Of a stretch of 64,000 nt of DNA, positions 60,671-64,000 are shown one piece after another. The notes under the pieces are model-generated. The model had not been told where the DNA came from and did not search any database. It saw only the letters and a list, made by a program, of their open reading frames with translations. Both the position numbers and the translations under genes were made by a program. Source of the stretch: Phoronis australis (Eukaryota; Animalia; Phoronida); NCBI GenBank assembly GCA_002633005.1, contig NMRA01000179.1:689274-753273 (forward strand), given 5' to 3'. Position 1 is the stretch's first letter, and every line of letters starts with the position of its first letter.

Positions 60671-61802
60671 GGGGACATCCCACTATTTAGAAAGTTTACT
60701 ACTCGGAAGGTTTACTGACTACTCCGAAGGTTCACTACTTCAACGATTCACCACTCCGAAGATTCACCGCTCCAAAATATCTAAACTTTCCGACTCAGAT
60801 GTAATTTTTAAACTTTTACATGCTAAAATAAACTATGTTTCGGCTATTAGATGCACCTATAACGAAAACAACACCCGGGCACTAAAACACTTTGGGTTTT
60901 ATGTAGACAGTGACCACCGTCTCCAGCTGGCCAGCACAACCAGAAACGTTAGTCAGATCTCATGCACATGCGAAATTGCCCGCATGACTTAAAATGAGTA
61001 CGCACTTGCATTTTAAAATGATATGAAGTAGGAATACAGATGAATTATCGGCCATGACACAATTCATCAAATCCATGTCAAGACGCACACAGCCTGGTCG
61101 AAATTAAATGAAGTTACTAGGCCACCCTGTCCCTGCCAGTCCTCACGAAGTCAGGGAGTCCCATTTAGTCTTCTTAAATTTGAAACCACCGTTGGTCGCC
61201 GCAGCCGTGCCCCAGATGTTGTCTCTGCTTGAGAATGAGTCGTGATCACACAACCAAAGTAGTGAACTGTCGGAATTCTAGGCCCAGTCTCGAATCTTTT
61301 TACTCGAAATGGAACTCGAAATAATGTTTGGCATTTTTAATCTACTTTTGTGCGAACTCAAGATAAGTGTCCATTACTCAATGCTCGAATACATAATGAC
61401 TTACGTGGATGATTGATTAGTTCTAGTTTGCAGTTGACAAATTCAACATTAAACCTAAAAGTTTGAGTTTAAACTCGAAGTTTCGAGTTTTTACTCGAGT
61501 TTGTAGCACGCATATAAGGGTTTTTAAGTGCAAACTTGGACTAGAAACTCATATGCATGAACTATAAATATTCGAGCACAATCTGATAACCACTTATCTT
61601 GAGTTCGCACAAAAAGAGCTGAGATATTGCCAAAAATAATTTCCAGTTCGTTTTGAGTACAAAGAATAGGACCGGGCCCAGGGTTTGGAATAGTGGAAAT
61701 TCAAAGTAGTGATCTTTAGAAGATAACGAACCTTCGGAGTAATGGGCATTTTGAGTACTGGACCTTCAGAGTATTGAACCTTCGTCATAGTGACATGGAA
61801 CC
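60671..61802. mobile_element. Non-autonomous element with 8-bp TSD and 15-bp subterminal repeats (Mutator/Rehavkus- or Merlin-like)
   Basis: TSD CTGGAAAT at 60663-60670 and 61803-61810; GG...CC termini; ACTCCGAAGGTTC-type repeats at the left end and their complements at the right end. Confidence 0.7.
61281..61678. mobile_element. Harbinger-type MITE (family of 51147-53030), nested in the previous element
   Basis: GGCCC...GGGCC termini; long imperfect TIRs rich in ACTCGAA/TTCGAGT. Confidence 0.7.
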
Positions 61803-62757
61803 CTGGAAATCTTTTCCATCTAGTTTGTGGCTCGTATGAAGTCTGTAGGGTTGTGCACCATTGAAATGATTGACTAGAGAAGATTTTCATTGACCAAAGT
61901 TGAGGTCTATGCCTACCTATATCCATCATAACGTGAAAATGCTCAACGGTGTATTCTCAGTGCAAGAAAACACAGTAGTTGAAGGTCTGGCTTTTAGCAC
62001 GACGGAGGGAGGACTGCCTATAATGAACTTACTGTCAGCATGTACTCAATTTAAAAGAACAGAAACGTTCAAAGGTGTACACGCATGCATGTCAATCCAT
62101 CAATCAACAATCAAAGTGGACGCTGGTTGAACAACATATTTGCATATTTGACGATCCACTTTCAATTCAAAATTTGAAAAAGCCTATACTTCTACCGTAC
62201 TATGGTTGCAATTAAACCAAAAATAGCAGAAAAACAAATCTCAATTTTTCTGCTGTTTTGTTTCTTGGCCGAGTTTAAGGCATTCACTCCGCACTACTTT
62301 TTTGGGAGTTCTCTCGTTGTTATTTACATTAACATGAAGCTTACTTAGGTCTTTGGGTTAGACTTTTATGCTTAGGTATAGACATTAACTTCTGGGCTCG
62401 CTTGTTACCCTTTGTTTTAGCCACTACGGGCGTGGTTTATGAATAACATAAAGCCTCCTCTTATCGTATGCACAATNTATAATAAAAGTAAAAAAAAAAG
62501 GTGAAGCATAAACTAGATTCTTTATTTAATTCAACTGCAATTCAGTCACTATTTCCAAAAATATTATACATAGTAGTTGGATACCCCCTTCCCCAATGTG
62601 GATGCCCGGGTCCGTCGCCACGGTGGCTGAGCACCATATACGTGTTTTACATTCACTATGAAGACAAAAAGCGAACAGTTCCATTGCCCGCATATCTGTG
62701 AACTGATTGTCAATCTAACTAAAATGAAAAATTAATAGGACTCGTTGTACCCACGAA

Positions 62758-63333
62758 TCATTTTTGAATAACATATTCGCAACATGTACAGAATTTTTTA
62801 TCTACGTTACAGCTTTGATAGTTTCCACGAAATCTAACACGAACATACGTACCCAATATCACGGAGTGCCGCAGAGGTGTTTTCAGCCTTTTTGTAGAAC
62901 ACCATATCGAACATAAAAATACAGACTGTTTCAAAGAGAGGTCAACAGCCGATCTATTGAAGTTCTTCCTCGTACGTAGCACTGAGAACGCACCGTTTTC
63001 CAGCGCTTCACGTAATATTGGGTTTGCCAATTTCAACTTTTGGTATAACAATGTTTCCCATCTGGCGTAGTTTGGGCGGTTCAGGGCAAAGAATACATCT
63101 AGCATAGTCGGGAAAATGTTGATATAGCCACTGAAGTCATTGTTCTTGACGCATCTCTGGAGTTCTCTGTGTGCTCGGTTTGTGAGAAAGACGAAGATTG
63201 CCAAAAACTGACCAGTTTTGCCAAATTTGCCATTAATCACTGTGTGAAATGAAGGTAGATGGCGCGCAAACATAAGGCAGGCGACAGCAAAAGACGGAAT
63301 TTTGGTTATTATTCCTTTTAGCAGTTGCATCAA
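62758..63333 (-). pseudogene. Academ transposase fragment (homologous core ~62925-63190)
   Basis: FFALNRPNYARW...GAFSVLRTRKNFNRSAVDLSLKQ matches the NYARW...GxF...DxxxEQ block of Academ transposases. Confidence 0.72.
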
Positions 63334-63779
63334 ATGACTCGTCCGAAAACAAAAGGACGCAGTTTAGACTGGTAAAATAGGACAACGAAAAATGGAAATT
63401 AGTGCAAACACAATGTGATATCCGTCTTGGACGGGTTTTTAGGTTTTGTTTTTAATAGTGAATTATGTGGAGTAATCCGCTGTTTTCGCATGGACTTGTG
63501 AGGTCGCTCCAACCTCAGGCGCGATTTTTCTGGTTTTCATGCCCTGACATAAACTTGCTGACAAAAATCTCTCACCTTGTGCGGTGACCTATGTCGTACA
63601 GACTTAGTGGCTGTATTGAAAATTGAAGTGCCTGGTTCCTGATTGTGATGCTTATTCAGCGTGAATGCGCTTATAATCAATTTTGTTTCGACTCTTTATT
63701 TGTCTGATGGAGGCATCTTACTGTTTTGCCACATGCAATGATGCTGAAAATCGGGCGATTGGTTTCAAGCGGTTTCCTG

Positions 63780-64000
63780 GTGGGTTGATCTAGCTCAACT
63801 CAGGTACTTGGGCGTGTCTGGCGGGGCTAACCCACCACTAGATTTGTCTGGCAGTGTTTATTCGTGATACCTGGGCTTACGGTGAATATTTTGGAACTAG
63901 TTTTAGGCGGTTACCTCTTGGATTGATCTAGCTCAATTTTTAACCCTTTTTGATAATCGTCTGGCAGGGCCACCCCACCACTGAAATTGTCTGGCATCTA
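63780..64000 (+). repeat. ~140-bp tandem repeat running off the window end
   Basis: TTGATCTAGCTCAA and CCCACCACT...TTGTCTGGCA each occur twice, about 140 bp apart. Confidence 0.65.

Overview
AT-rich eukaryotic (metazoan, probably marine invertebrate) scaffold with two large N gaps. It has no prokaryotic genes, rRNA or CRISPR. One host gene was reconstructed by eye on the minus strand (about 58246 to 17154). It is a phase-consistent multi-exon secreted mosaic lectin: signal peptide, decayed or skippable Sushi exons, PAN/apple, divergent SUEL-like domain, Pro/Thr stretch, C-type lectin (EPN/WND) and Sushi. The rest is mostly nested transposons. These include two Kolobok deletion derivatives (THAP transposase plus convergent KolX, long TIRs, TTAA TSDs) and two non-autonomous Kolobok copies. 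A 10-kb decayed Harbinger (Myb/SANT gene plus transposase, CTG TSD) hosts a Penelope-like retroelement remnant, hAT-like MITEs and a Kolobok. There are also Academ remnants, a Sola3 element, Helentron-like tandem elements and many MITEs, several with 5-bp TSDs. The most striking signal is the abundance of the palindrome TACATGTA, which paralog comparison inside the window shows arising as a 6-bp insertion at a TA, consistent with Tc1/mariner excision footprints. All family assignments come from by-eye motif recognition, not database searches.
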